Positions 1 through 11,026 of a stretch of 64,000 nt of DNA are shown in pieces. Below the pieces are notes generated by a model. It made no database searches. It saw only the letters and a list, made by a program, of their open reading frames with translations, and was not told the DNA's origin. The position numbers were made by a program, and so were the translations under genes. This DNA is from Tetramitus jugosus (Eukaryota; Protista; Heterolobosea), in assembly GCA_937625935.1 (NCBI GenBank), contig OW569370.1, positions 310,001 to 374,000 of the forward strand, written 5' to 3'. How positions within the stretch are numbered: position 1 is the first letter of the stretch; each line of letters opens with the position of its first letter.

Positions 1-2
1 CA

Positions 3-1205
3 GATTTGACAAAGCTGAAGCTACTAGCTTACACACATGACATAACTCTACCAGAGATCATTGATGACAGAGAAGAGAGTTCCACTATATCCATTCTAGA
101 CTATCACTCTGATTCAGACAACAGTATAATAGAACACGAGTATGATTTTTCTGAATCTGAAGAAAGTTCTGAAGAAATTGAGATGAACGAGAATATTGAA
201 CAAGTAGAAGAGGAAATTGTTCCCGAGGAGAGCAAAGAAGAAGACAAAAACTGTTCAGAAAGGGGAGATTGTGAATCACCAAATTCTTCATTTCAACTGA
301 ATCATATAGAAGTTGGAGAAGAGAAACACGTTAAATTTGAGGAGATGAGTGGCTCCCTCTTCATGCAAGTTGAAGGCAAAGCTGATTTGAAAAACGAGCT
401 AGCAACTCCAATAATAGTAGAGGGTCCTGTAGAGCAGCCGGTTATGGCTACCAAAGAGCAATTCATCAGTTTTTATGACGATGGATTCATGGAATGTGAA
501 AACATCGTGGACGACACGGATTTTGGCACGTTTGGCAGCTTTGATGAGAGTAAGTTTGGAAAGGAAGATGATGAAAATGTTACTGAGGTTCATGATGCCG
601 AATCGTACTTGAATAATTTTAAGAACAAGAATGAAAACGAGGAAACTCATTGCACCCCAAAAGTTGTCAAAAAACGAAAACTTAGCACCATGATATCGAG
701 CTTAATAGGAGACAGATCTAATTTATTACCAAGAACCCAAGCGATACCGAGTCATACAGAAGATTTCAGTTTAACAGAAGGATCAACAGTCGATTCTGTA
801 CTATCTCCTGTGACATTATCGTCCCACATCTCGAAGTGTGAGTTCGAAAGTATGGAGAGATGTCTAATAAGTTTGTTCACTGGCGATATAATGTGTATAA
901 CAAAGAGGGGAGCAAGTAAACCAAGTCGACGGTATGTTTGGGTGGACACTCAAAGGATGCATATCTGTTGGAGTAAAGGATCTTCCAAGAATGTGAAAAA
1001 CATGAAGGAGTTCCCCATCACAGAAATAAGAATGGGAACGTTCCTAGCAAGTGTTTCCATCACTGAAGAACAGAACAACAGATCGTTCACAGTTTGGTCA
1101 ATACAAGGATCGCAACTTCTTTTCTCAGCGAGCTCAGAATCATTAAGAAATGATTGGGTGAATTATATCACTGCTGTACTAGAGATCAAGCATCGAAAGC
1201 ATTAA
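3..1205 (+). CDS. PH-domain protein with acidic low-complexity region; 5' end probably outside window
   Basis: Frame open from the window edge; C-terminal ~110 aa has a PH-like pattern (KRGASKPSRRYVWVD...SFTVWS...LLFSASSESLRNDWVNYI). Confidence 0.65.
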   Translation, partial: DLTKLKLLAYTHDITLPEIIDDREESSTISILDYHSDSDNSIIEHEYDFSESEESSEEIEMNENIEQVEEEIVPEESKEEDKNCSERGDCESPNSSFQLNHIEVGEEKHVKFEEMSGSLFMQVEGKADLKNELATPIIVEGPVEQPVMATKEQFISFYDDGFMECENIVDDTDFGTFGSFDESKFGKEDDENVTEVHDAESYLNNFKNKNENEETHCTPKVVKKRKLSTMISSLIGDRSNLLPRTQAIPSHTEDFSLTEGSTVDSVLSPVTLSSHISKCEFESMERCLISLFTGDIMCITKRGASKPSRRYVWVDTQRMHICWSKGSSKNVKNMKEFPITEIRMGTFLASVSITEEQNNRSFTVWSIQGSQLLFSASSESLRNDWVNYITAVLEIKHRKH

Positions 1206-1688
1206 AATGTTGCGTCCGTTTCACGAACCGTTCCCCATCTTTTGCAAGTATCCAGTCATCATGAGATGATAAGGATATTCAGTCATGAAGTAAGAATCTG
1301 AGAAACATCGACGATCACATACTGGTCCGAATCCTTCACATAGGGACCCCCTGGTTGACAAGGAGCCGAATCCTTTCGATTGGATATCGGAAGAACGATC
1401 TATTCAAGCGAAAAAAGTCACTAGTTGCCCATGTCACCCAACAAAAGCTAATTTGATATGGAGTTTGAGATAGTCCGCGTTTTATTTCAAGCGTTTTCAC
1501 AGAATTTTTAACTATTTGTCACTGAGATCCAGCTCACGGCGAGCCCCATACCTCAGATCTCAGGCCTATAAGAACTCGAAGCCTTCGGTTTGGGCCTTCA
1601 AGCTTCCAAGACAACCAAAAACAAACATACACACGTTATAAAACATCCATCTATCTGTACATATTCATCAGCATTATCGTAAAATAAC

Positions 1689-2996
1689 ATGGTTGAAGCA
1701 ACTCAAACTCAATTCAATCCAGCGTATGACACTACCACTACAGCCAACACTGGACTCAAAGGAAAATTGGCTAGCTTGAAGAGCAAGTTGGGAGGACATC
1801 CTGCCACTACCGACAGTACTCTGGGAACATCTGGTGTTCAACCAACCTCCTATGGCACCACCCAACAATCAATGCTCGGTGGTCAAAACATCGGCGGACA
1901 GAACCTCGGCGGACAAACCTATGGTGGTCAACCACTCGCCGGTCAAACAATTGGCGGTCAACCACTCGCAGGCCAGCAACTTGGTACTCAACAAGGTTAT
2001 GGCAGTCAACAATCCTTTGGTGGTCAACAACTGACTGGACAAACCCTTGGTTCTCAACCTCTGTTGACTCAACAACAGCAACAACCAGGATTTGGCGGTA
2101 CCTCTGGCTTCAATCAATCCTTTGTTCAACAACAACCAACTACTTCCTTTGTTCAACAACCATTGTTGAGCTCCTCATCGACCACTCTCCCAGGTGCTAC
2201 TGCATCATCATTGCCTCTGAGCGGTCGCAGTTCATTAAGCTCCACAAGTGAACAACAATTCTTGTCATCTGGTTTTCAATCATCTGAAATTATTCAGGAG
2301 AAGCCAGTGTTGGACCGTGTTGAAAAGATTATTCAAAAGGAAGTTGTGCAAAAACCTCGCATCCAAGAACAGATCAGACAGGACATTATTGAGGTTCATG
2401 AGAGGCCAATTGAGAAGAGATTCATGCATCCTGTTCAAGAGTTCAGAGTGCAAGATCAAACTCAATTTGAGATTCAAGGAAAGGAAGCAGCTGACTTTGA
2501 GAGACAAAACTTGTTGAATCGATTGAGAGAACAAGACAGGTTGCATCAAGTCACAGTCGATCAAAGACAAGATGTCAAGATGTTCCAAGAAGCACCTCTC
2601 ATGTCACAAACCAAGGAGATGAGAAAGGAAGTGATCTACAAGCCAATTGTCACAGAGATTCATGAACAACCAATTCGTGAGATTCATGAACAAGCCATTC
2701 AAAGAACCATCTATGAGAAGCCAATTGTGACAGTGATCAGAGATCAGAGCATCATTGAGAACATTTCCAGTGGTCAACCATTGACTGGAATCAACTATCA
2801 AGCTACTCCATTGATGCAACAACAGCCTATCCTGACTCGAACTGTCCCAGTTCCAGTTGTTGTCCAACAAGTCCCATTGGCTCAGAGTGTCATTATTGAG
2901 AAGGGAGCTGCAGAGAACCTGCCACATGTTGTTGGAACAGGTGTCAATGCGGCCGAAGTCGATGCCTATGAGAACAAGTCTTTCTTGAGAAAGTAG
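1689..2996 (+). CDS. Gln/Gly/Thr-rich repetitive protein with EKP/HE-rich C-terminal half (possible structural or cyst/stress protein)
   Basis: 435-aa ATG ORF; upstream TATA-like CTATAAGA (1566); AATAAA shortly after the stop; GGQxL pentapeptide repeats. Confidence 0.7.
   Translation: MVEATQTQFNPAYDTTTTANTGLKGKLASLKSKLGGHPATTDSTLGTSGVQPTSYGTTQQSMLGGQNIGGQNLGGQTYGGQPLAGQTIGGQPLAGQQLGTQQGYGSQQSFGGQQLTGQTLGSQPLLTQQQQQPGFGGTSGFNQSFVQQQPTTSFVQQPLLSSSSTTLPGATASSLPLSGRSSLSSTSEQQFLSSGFQSSEIIQEKPVLDRVEKIIQKEVVQKPRIQEQIRQDIIEVHERPIEKRFMHPVQEFRVQDQTQFEIQGKEAADFERQNLLNRLREQDRLHQVTVDQRQDVKMFQEAPLMSQTKEMRKEVIYKPIVTEIHEQPIREIHEQAIQRTIYEKPIVTVIRDQSIIENISSGQPLTGINYQATPLMQQQPILTRTVPVPVVVQQVPLAQSVIIEKGAAENLPHVVGTGVNAAEVDAYENKSFLRK
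1878..2063 (+). repeat. Coding ~15-nt repeats encoding GGQ(N/T/P)(I/L/Y)-like pentapeptides
   Basis: GGQNI GGQNL GGQTY GGQPL AGQTI GGQPL AGQQL ... TGQTL GSQPL in the translation. Confidence 0.8.
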
Positions 2997-3209
2997 ATCT
3001 GACCTTGAGGATGATGATCAAACATTCAAGTCGGATGATGTAAATAAAGAAGAAAACTCGAACAACCCTTAAAAAAAATCCGTTCAAGTATCTCGAACAC
3101 CTGAAGAACTCCCGCAACGAACAACAAGTCACCAATTAAGGATGTTACGAAAAAAGTTCAATTAGATAAAAACACAGAGAACAAACCAAAGTACTCAATT
3201 AGAACAAGA

Positions 3210-3470
3210 ATGAACAGTAACACTTCAGAGCTTCAAAGAGCCCGCTTGGCCAATAGCACACAAACTCTGAGACAATCCTCAACCAAATTACAAGAGTCTC
3301 TCCGATTGCTTGCAGAGACTGAAGCTACAGGTGCAGAATCTCTTGCTAGACTGAGGGCACAAGGCGAACAGATTCATCAAATGAGATCAAAGCTGGGAGA
3401 TGTGAACAGTGAGATCAAAGAAGGTGGAACAATCATTAGGAGAATGACTAGATGGTCATGGCTTTTCTAA
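3210..3470 (+). CDS. Small Qb-type SNARE-motif protein (Vti1/SNAP25-N-like) without a transmembrane anchor
   Basis: 86 aa; SLRLLAETEATGAESLARLRAQGEQI...IIRRM matches the Qb SNARE heptad with a zero-layer Q. Confidence 0.7.
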   Translation: MNSNTSELQRARLANSTQTLRQSSTKLQESLRLLAETEATGAESLARLRAQGEQIHQMRSKLGDVNSEIKEGGTIIRRMTRWSWLF

Positions 3471-3935
3471 ACAATTATGCACCTGAGCACAAATATATGA
3501 AATTGGTGCCATAAGGAACCCATGGAACAAAAAATGTCTCGATTCGAGTCATAACCACAAAAGGAACGTTGTTGTAACGGACAAACAATAAACAATTCAG
3601 TGCTGGAAAGACTGGATATTCAGCTTATTCCTAGCTCGTTTTTTCTTCCTTCGTTGATTTCTCCGCATCATATTTACGAAACGCTTGTGAGATGACCACA
3701 CACAAGGAGATGAGAGGATGTGAAAGTGTCTTCTGCTATGGTGAAATGAGAGTTTCAGAAACGTACACAGAATTGAAAGACAACTCGAAAGAAACGGTCA
3801 GTTATTCATTTCGCTTTGTTCTTTACTCATGGTTGTGTTCACTCAATGATCTTGGTTTCTTACTTCTAGAAGAGTCAAGCGAGAAAAGTTTTCCCAGGAA
3901 TAGGAGGACATAAAAAGCAGAAGAGTCGAGAAGAA

Positions 3936-5345
3936 ATGTCAAACTTTTCACAATATGAAGACATGGTACATCCAAAGAACTTTTTCATCGATCCTACGGC
4001 CATATCAACATTTCAAACGAGTATTTCAGGGTTTCATGGCGATCTAATCCGAAAGATATCATATTCTTATAACCATGGTATGCTCTTACTCACAAATGGA
4101 GATGTATATAGCTTCGGCGAGAGTAAGCATGGAAAATTAGGTTTTCTGACTGAGGAGAAAGCAAGCTTGAAACTAAGAAGGATCTTAAGTCATGCTTCAG
4201 ATGTAGCTACTGGAAGAAATCATTCGGCTGTCATCAGTGAGTATGTTGATTTTTTTCTCTATTTTCGGAGTTAACTGTTAACAACAACTCTGACCTTTAC
4301 TTAGTGGTTTGTTGTATACGTTCGGCTGTTCTCAGTACGGTCAAACTGGACACGGCCACATACAAGATGTGAACGAGCCCACAGTCGTAGAATATTTTAG
4401 AAAGATTAATGTTACACCTCTTTCGGTGTCTTGCGGGGAGAATCATACATTGGTGATGTGTGAAAATGGACTTGTCTATGGTTTCGGTCATGGAGAAAAA
4501 GGTCAACTCGGCATGTTATCTCATTTACATCCACCCTTATCATGCGAAAGAGAAGCGCAAATCGTGTATCACTTAACTCCTAATGTCATGAAGCACTTAG
4601 AGAAAATACCAGAAGTGTCCAAGCATTTTAGGGAGTTTCATGTCCGAAGGTCCTTTTTTCTCTCTCGTTCTATTGCTTGTGGTGCGAACTATTCTCTGGT
4701 TGTGAGTGATCGTGGAAAGTTGTTCTTTTGTGGAGAGAACATCACAGGTTTGGGAGGACAAGGTTCACTTTCTAATCAATTCAAAGTAGTGCCTTGTATT
4801 TTCGAACGATTTCTAAACAGGAGTGTGGACCAAGTAAATGCCGAATTAACCTTAAAAAACACCAGTGATGAGATGCTGTCAGTCAATATTCAAGCGACGA
4901 TTACTTCGGGGATTATTACAAGTCCGGAACCAGCTGAAATTATTCAAGTAAGTTGTAGTTCTGAACACATTGTATGCCTAGACAAGAACTCCAACGTTTT
5001 TGTCTGTGGATTAAATCGTAATGGTCAACTTGGCTTGAACGATAAAAAAAATAGGAAGAAACTCAGCTTTGTTCCACTCCCCAGAAGACTGAGAGAAAGT
5101 GGAATCAAAACCATTGGCAGTGGTACTCGTTTCTCGGCTCTGTTGTCAAGTATGTTCAACTATTTCCTTTAATTATGTGTTAGAATCATCACTAACTTCC
5201 CATGGTAATAGATGATGGAGAGTTGTTTGTGTCAGGAAGAATTGAAGCTTCTTGCTCTGATTTGTTAGTTCCTACCTGTGTTCCCAATCTTCCGTATGTT
5301 TCACAACTATTCAGCGGGAAAGATTGTCTCATAGTAGTGTTATGA
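3936..5345 (+). CDS. RCC1-repeat protein, 3 exons (3936-4240, 4305-5149, 5212-5345)
   Basis: RCC1 motifs (VATGRNHSAV, SCGENHTLV, GLNRNGQLG); GTATGT..AG introns 4241-4304 and 5150-5211 splice to give VISDGLLYTFG and LLSNDGELFVSG. Confidence 0.85.
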
Positions 5346-5444
5346 AACCTGCCAAACTGAATAAACCAGTCCGCTCATTATTCCGATTCTACTCTTTCCT
5401 TGTACCGCAACAACAGAATTAAACAACATCGACAACGTTGGAAT

Positions 5445-6899
5445 ATGAGCTCTGATAGCAAAAAGGAGCTGGATAAGAAACAACCCCCTCCAACAGAACA
5501 AAAGAAGGAGAACAAACCCTCACCAGTTAGAATGTTCTTCACTAAAGCTCTAACAAGGATAAAATTTGACCCTGATAGCAGAGGTAGATCACTATGGGAC
5601 ATGTTTGTCTTGATCTTTGTCGTGTATAATGTTGTTGTCATTCCACTGAGGATGGGATTTAAGATGCATTCTATAAAACAGTGGGTAGCCACAGATCTAT
5701 TGGCAGACATTGTGTTTTGGGCCGATATCATTTTCAACTTTCGAACGAGCTATTCTGTCAATGGACAAACCATTTACGACTCTAGACTCATGGCCAAACA
5801 TTACTTAAAAACTCAATTTATGTGGGATATGCTCGCGTCTTTTCCACTTGAAATAGTTGGTTATTCTTGGAAGTGGTACCCATGGTGGAGATTACCTCGG
5901 TTAATTCGATTCTTTCGATTTAATCATTACTTTAATGCGGCTGAGAACATTTTCAGTGGCATGCAATTGTTGTTCGAACTTTTAAAAACAGTGATTTATA
6001 CCTTTCTGATTTCCCACTTTTCAGCATGTGGCTATGTGTGGGTCATACTGCATCAACCCGAAGTCAATGACGACTTTCTTGTGGGAGGAGTCAACATTGT
6101 TGGTAGACCATTCTGGCGGCAATATCTTCGTGCATTCTATTGGGGATTCTCTATGTTCTCTGGTTATGCGAATACTCAACCAGTGACCAATCTCGAATAT
6201 GGATTCTCATTAGTCGTGGCCGTAGTCGGTATGGTCGTCTATTCGTACATTATCGGTATGGTTGCTCTACTATTGCAACAATACGATGACAGAGGAGCTG
6301 AGTTTCAAAGGAGAATCGAATCTCTACAAGCGTTTATGGACTACCGACGGTTACCCTCTCAAATGAAGAAGGATATTATCAGATACTACAACTACATTTG
6401 GTATACGAGAAAATCGTTGAATGAAACTCAGATTCTGGAGGATTTGCCTATTCATTTAAGAACTGAAGTCGCCCTATTCTTCAACAAGCAGATTATTGAA
6501 AAGGTTCCCTTCTTTGCCGAGTTAGAACCTCAGTTTATCAACTCGATTGTACTTAAACTGAAACCAAAGGTGGCTCTTCCCCAGTCATTCATCATCAAGA
6601 AGAACGATATTGGACGTGAGATGTTTTTCATCAGCAGAGGTGCTGTCGAGGTTGTATCAGAACCCAATGAACAAGGAGAAAGAATGATCTTTGCAACATT
6701 GAACGAAGGTTCGTTCTTTGGAGAGATTGCCCTCATTAACAATACGAAACGTGGTGCATCCATTCGAGCAAAAGGTTTCTGTGATCTGTTCGTTTTCACA
6801 AAGGCAGACTTTCAAGAAGCACTCAAGACCTTTCCAGAGAGTGTCAAGCAACAGATCATGGATACTGCCAACAAGCGAGACCAATCACAGAAAAAATAA
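5445..6899 (+). CDS. Cyclic-nucleotide-regulated 6TM cation channel (CNG/HCN/KCNH superfamily)
   Basis: S1 WDMFVL, S4 RLPRLIRFFR, pore helix YLRAFYWGF, C-linker, CNBD GSFFGEIAL; first ATG at 5445. Confidence 0.9.
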   Translation: MSSDSKKELDKKQPPPTEQKKENKPSPVRMFFTKALTRIKFDPDSRGRSLWDMFVLIFVVYNVVVIPLRMGFKMHSIKQWVATDLLADIVFWADIIFNFRTSYSVNGQTIYDSRLMAKHYLKTQFMWDMLASFPLEIVGYSWKWYPWWRLPRLIRFFRFNHYFNAAENIFSGMQLLFELLKTVIYTFLISHFSACGYVWVILHQPEVNDDFLVGGVNIVGRPFWRQYLRAFYWGFSMFSGYANTQPVTNLEYGFSLVVAVVGMVVYSYIIGMVALLLQQYDDRGAEFQRRIESLQAFMDYRRLPSQMKKDIIRYYNYIWYTRKSLNETQILEDLPIHLRTEVALFFNKQIIEKVPFFAELEPQFINSIVLKLKPKVALPQSFIIKKNDIGREMFFISRGAVEVVSEPNEQGERMIFATLNEGSFFGEIALINNTKRGASIRAKGFCDLFVFTKADFQEALKTFPESVKQQIMDTANKRDQSQKK

Positions 6900-6924
6900 A
6901 GAATCATTTTCACAATATGATATT

Positions 6925-9828
6925 TTAGTGAGAGTATTGGTTCTCTATCTGTTGGAGGGCATACACGAGAGCCACTTGCTTTCGTGCTTCCATCGCCAGC
7001 AGGTTTACATGAATCTTTTCTCTCGATTTGAATTGGAAACCCATATCCACAAACTGTTCTCTCTCTGTTCTCTCAGGATAGCAAACAACAGTCTTAATAT
7101 ACTTCTTCAACCCTATGTTAAGTAACATGTTGACGCCCTTGTAATCGTAGTCATCCTCCAATACACCGTACAATCGTTGCACGTATACCCAGATGGCATT
7201 TCTAAAAGCAGTCGTATCAACATTCTGCGCCTTGTAAAAATTATTTTCGGTCATGTTGCGGATGAAATCGAATTCTTGGTCTAATAAATCAGCGTATCCA
7301 TTGTAGAATCTGTTGAGCAAAGGGAAACAATCGCTCTGCCAATTGAATTCTAACGAATATAGTACAGAGTAGTCTCGACTACGCACATCAAAGTCAGTAT
7401 ACTTCATATCCGAGAACTTTCCTTGTTCGGATGAAGCAGAGTCCAGATATCGTTTGTAGGCTCTCTGATCGTTCGATGAAAGCCTCTTCTTTCTAACATC
7501 GAATGCAGAGTTTGGATCGTTCTGAGAGGTAGGAGAAGTTGATTGTGTTCCCCAAAACATGAGCGATGTGAATCGATTACTAAAACAATCAAAGTTGTTG
7601 TAGTCTAATACTGCTGGACCACTGATTGGAGTGCCTAGACTCTGTCTCGCTTGTTTCTTCTCCTCGTGATCCAATTTACGCTCATCTCTCGCAGAGTCGT
7701 CAGTATCAGCTTCTCCATTGGATATCTTGGTTAGAGTTTGAAGCACCTTCTCATTCTCTTCGCTCAACTTGTGTTCGACATTGGTTTCAAGTTGCTTCTT
7801 ATAAGCCTTGAATCTCCGTATATCATCAATTACATCACTCACTGGTGTAACGTCATCATCAGGCAACAAGCCACATCCGAAAACAAAACCACTGTACGCA
7901 TGGAAGTGGCACATGATGACAACAGCATGAACCAACTCAGCAATGCTCCACAGGGAACTGTAGTCTTGATCAGGTCCAGTTGGCTTGACCAAGCGCTCCA
8001 CATGCTCCTTCCGGAGAGTCCATGGAGCATGAGCCAATATGGCGTTCAACTCCAACAGACTCGACATCTTTTCAGGAACGTACTTTATGCCGCGCAACCA
8101 TTGTGGATCTCCTCCATTATTCAAGAATTCCACCTCTTGTCTCCGAATTAAATAATTACATTGATGTCTGCTTGCTGCCATAATCGCAATATAGTTACGC
8201 AGTACCGTAGGCAATGGACCGTCTCTTCTCATGGCAAAATGATATGCCTTGTAGAAAATCTCAGCAAACTGTGGAAATGTTATCAAGACACGAGCCAGGT
8301 GAGACACGACACCATCCTCCAAAAAGAACGTCTTGAAATGCTTCTCCACCAAGTGTTCAGTGCTATTAATGAGAGCCAATCCTGTAGGTGTGAAGAAGCA
8401 CGATGGAGAATTGAGAAATCCGACTTCTGACTTTGGCATTGCAATACCCTTTTGTCGCAACTCATCCGCCTGTACCATATCGATATATCACTTGTCAGTC
8501 AATCAAAAATGATATACGACGAAACACAAAAAAAAGACAATCAAGGTAGAATATACGCACCAATTGTTGGAAACGAGAGCTAATGTCCTCAAATGGAGAA
8601 TCATATGCAAATCGAGCAATAATGGATCGATAGAAGGCAAAGAATTGTTGTCCATTTCTCGATTGCTGCTGTTGTTGTTGAGCCAAGGCAAGAGTGTTTG
8701 AATCTTCTTCTGCGCTGTTCGCTCCTCCTTCCTCCTCTGACTCGCTCTTCTTCTTTTTTTGTGCAGCTTCACTCTTGACCAACTCATCTGCATGCTGTCT
8801 AATGATTTCAATCACATTGTTGATACCAATCCTTCGTTTCTCCACTAATGTTGTTTTTAAAAATGAAAAAATGCATGTGTGAAAAAAATGATACTCAAAA
8901 ACAATGTGATTGAAAAACACAACATACCATTCGCCTTCAAAATTTGTCTAAACAAGTGAGTGTCACTCAAGTGAATGGCATCATCAAACTCCTCAGAATA
9001 CAGTTCTGGTTGCAAATCTTCATCACTCTCTGCATCTTCCTCATCACTCTCATCATCATCATCATCATCATTTTCATCATCATCGTCATCATTCTTATTG
9101 TCACTACCACCCTTATTCTTATCATCATCACTTTCATCCCCCTTTTTCTCATCATCCATGTCAATACTACTGTTACCTCCACCACCATCACCATCACCCT
9201 TCTTCTTCTTCTTTATTTCGTGATGATCATAAAAATCATTGTCATGATTATCAATCTCATCATTATCACCAAGATGATCATCATCATCAAAATCATTTTG
9301 TGAGTGAACATCACCACCACTACTGGCACCACTTGAAGAACGAGAACGATTATTGTCATTCATGCATTCCTCATTTTGATTGATGACATCATCATAATCG
9401 TCTCTTAATCGAATTGGATCAATCATTGTAATGGTCGCTCGCTTATTATTATTGCTATTGTTGTTGTTGTTGTTGTTGTTGTTATTGTTGTTCATTATCG
9501 AAGGATCAGAAGCCCACAGTGGAGAATCACCTGGTGAGCTACTCATGAATGACGATGATGATAATGCATCATTGTTGTTATTGTTGTTTTGATAATAAAT
9601 AGGAGTAGTAGTGTTGGTGGTGATGTTGATGTTGGTGATGTTAGAGTGATGAGTGTTCATGTTGTTGTTCATGTGAGAAATCCAATCAGGTGTTTTGGAG
9701 AATTGGTCTTCCTCATCATTATGATTTTTATTGTTGTTATTATTGTTGTTATTGTATGAGTGTACGTTAGTACTACTATTGCCAATGATTGGATTAATAT
9801 TGTTGTTGTTTGGTGTGTGAGTGCTCAT
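6925..9828 (-). CDS. SESN: Sestrin (PA26 family), 3 exons (9828-8928, 8844-8561, 8469-6925) with an Asn/Asp-rich N-terminal extension
   Basis: YIAIMAASRHQCNYL, WSIAELVHA, DDYDY, EKIHVNLLAMEAR motifs; GT..AG introns join three ORF-track pieces in frame (LKANVEKRR; FQQLADELR). Confidence 0.88.
9458..9492 (-). repeat. (AAC)n coding microsatellite (poly-Asn), one of many such tracts in the window
   Basis: Run of TTG units on the + strand in sestrin exon 1. Confidence 0.85.
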
Positions 9829-11026
9829 GATTTGCACGTGATTGTGTGTGAGAGGAGAAGCAAATTGTGTATGAACGTAGCCTTTTGAGAGCTTTTTTTT
9901 TGTCAGTCTGCTCTCTCGTCGTGTGTGTGTTAATCTTTTTGTGTGTGAGGTTTTTTTTTTGGTGTTGGTGAGCTCGGGGGTTTTTTTTCTCTTTGCTCTT
10001 GAAAGCTGTTTGAGTTGCTTTTTAGCTCTTGTCACTTACCTGGAGGTTGTTGCTGTTGGTGAGGTGTCAGGAGTTTATCCCACGATGATGTTTTGAATTC
10101 AATTTAATCTTGTTGGAATTAGGATTACCATCATGCAAATCGTGTCTTGTCGAAACAAATTCTCTGGGCTTCAATTTCACTTGCCAAATCGCCCTTCAAA
10201 ATTGCACTTCGAGAAATTGCAACCGAGAATTGAATGGAAGAGTATTCGATCCGCACGGAAAAACATAAATACTGACATGGAAAGTCTCTCAAATGGACCA
10301 TTGCAGCTCTATGTCAATTCCCTCAAAGGCTTGTTGAACAGTTATAGTTACCTGATGATGTCCTCTCGGGTAAATTCTTTCTTCATTGTGACCTGTAAAC
10401 TCACAACCTGTCAAAAACATTGTTGGCAGCTCTTGGAACTTTGCGGAGAGGACTGAAATAAACGGGCGTTCTTTACACATGCTATTTTTGTGCTTGTGGG
10501 CAACAGAAGCCGATTACGTGGTGATGAAAAACAGCTTCAGGGATATCCAAGGAGATCCGCCAGTGTATGTGATCCGTAATCACGACTTAAACCTTGTATA
10601 GAAGGAGAGGGCCGGTGTCATGAGGCTTAAAGCAATCTCTCATTTAAGTTTCTCTAATTATATCTCAACATTTCCTTGAAAGTATCAAACTAATGCTGGC
10701 AAAAGGCCCTTCGATGCTATCTTGAGGCTCATTACGGTTTTCTTATTCTTAAGTTGGACGATGTATGGAGTGTTTCTAGGAACCCCCGAAGGTTTCCAGC
10801 ACCCAACAAACATTGTTTGGAATTAAAACACCAGCAACAAACAACGGCCCTTGCACAAGTGATATTAATATTTATGGTTATAACAATCTGACCTGCTTCA
10901 GTTCTATCTCAAGGAAATATACAGAATCAACACCAAGGCGCAAAACCTCTTCAAAGCACCAACAATCGTGAATATATCAAAACTCATTCAATCCAACATC
11001 AGCAACAATAGTTGTCAAAACAAATC

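Noticed and set aside
3936-5345. Split ORFs (RCC1, sestrin, MYND, PDK1, insulysin, PIGV, CFAP57, RAB23) as pseudogenes
   Set aside because: Each is joined in frame by a canonical GT-AG intron.
8944-9303. Poly-Ile/Met/Ser ORFs (also 34980, 40342, 57399, 58113)
   Set aside because: Alternative-frame readings of (GAT)n acidic tracts in real genes.
10133-10480. Short ORFs in the sestrin upstream gap
   Set aside because: No recognisable motifs; more likely regulatory or UTR sequence.
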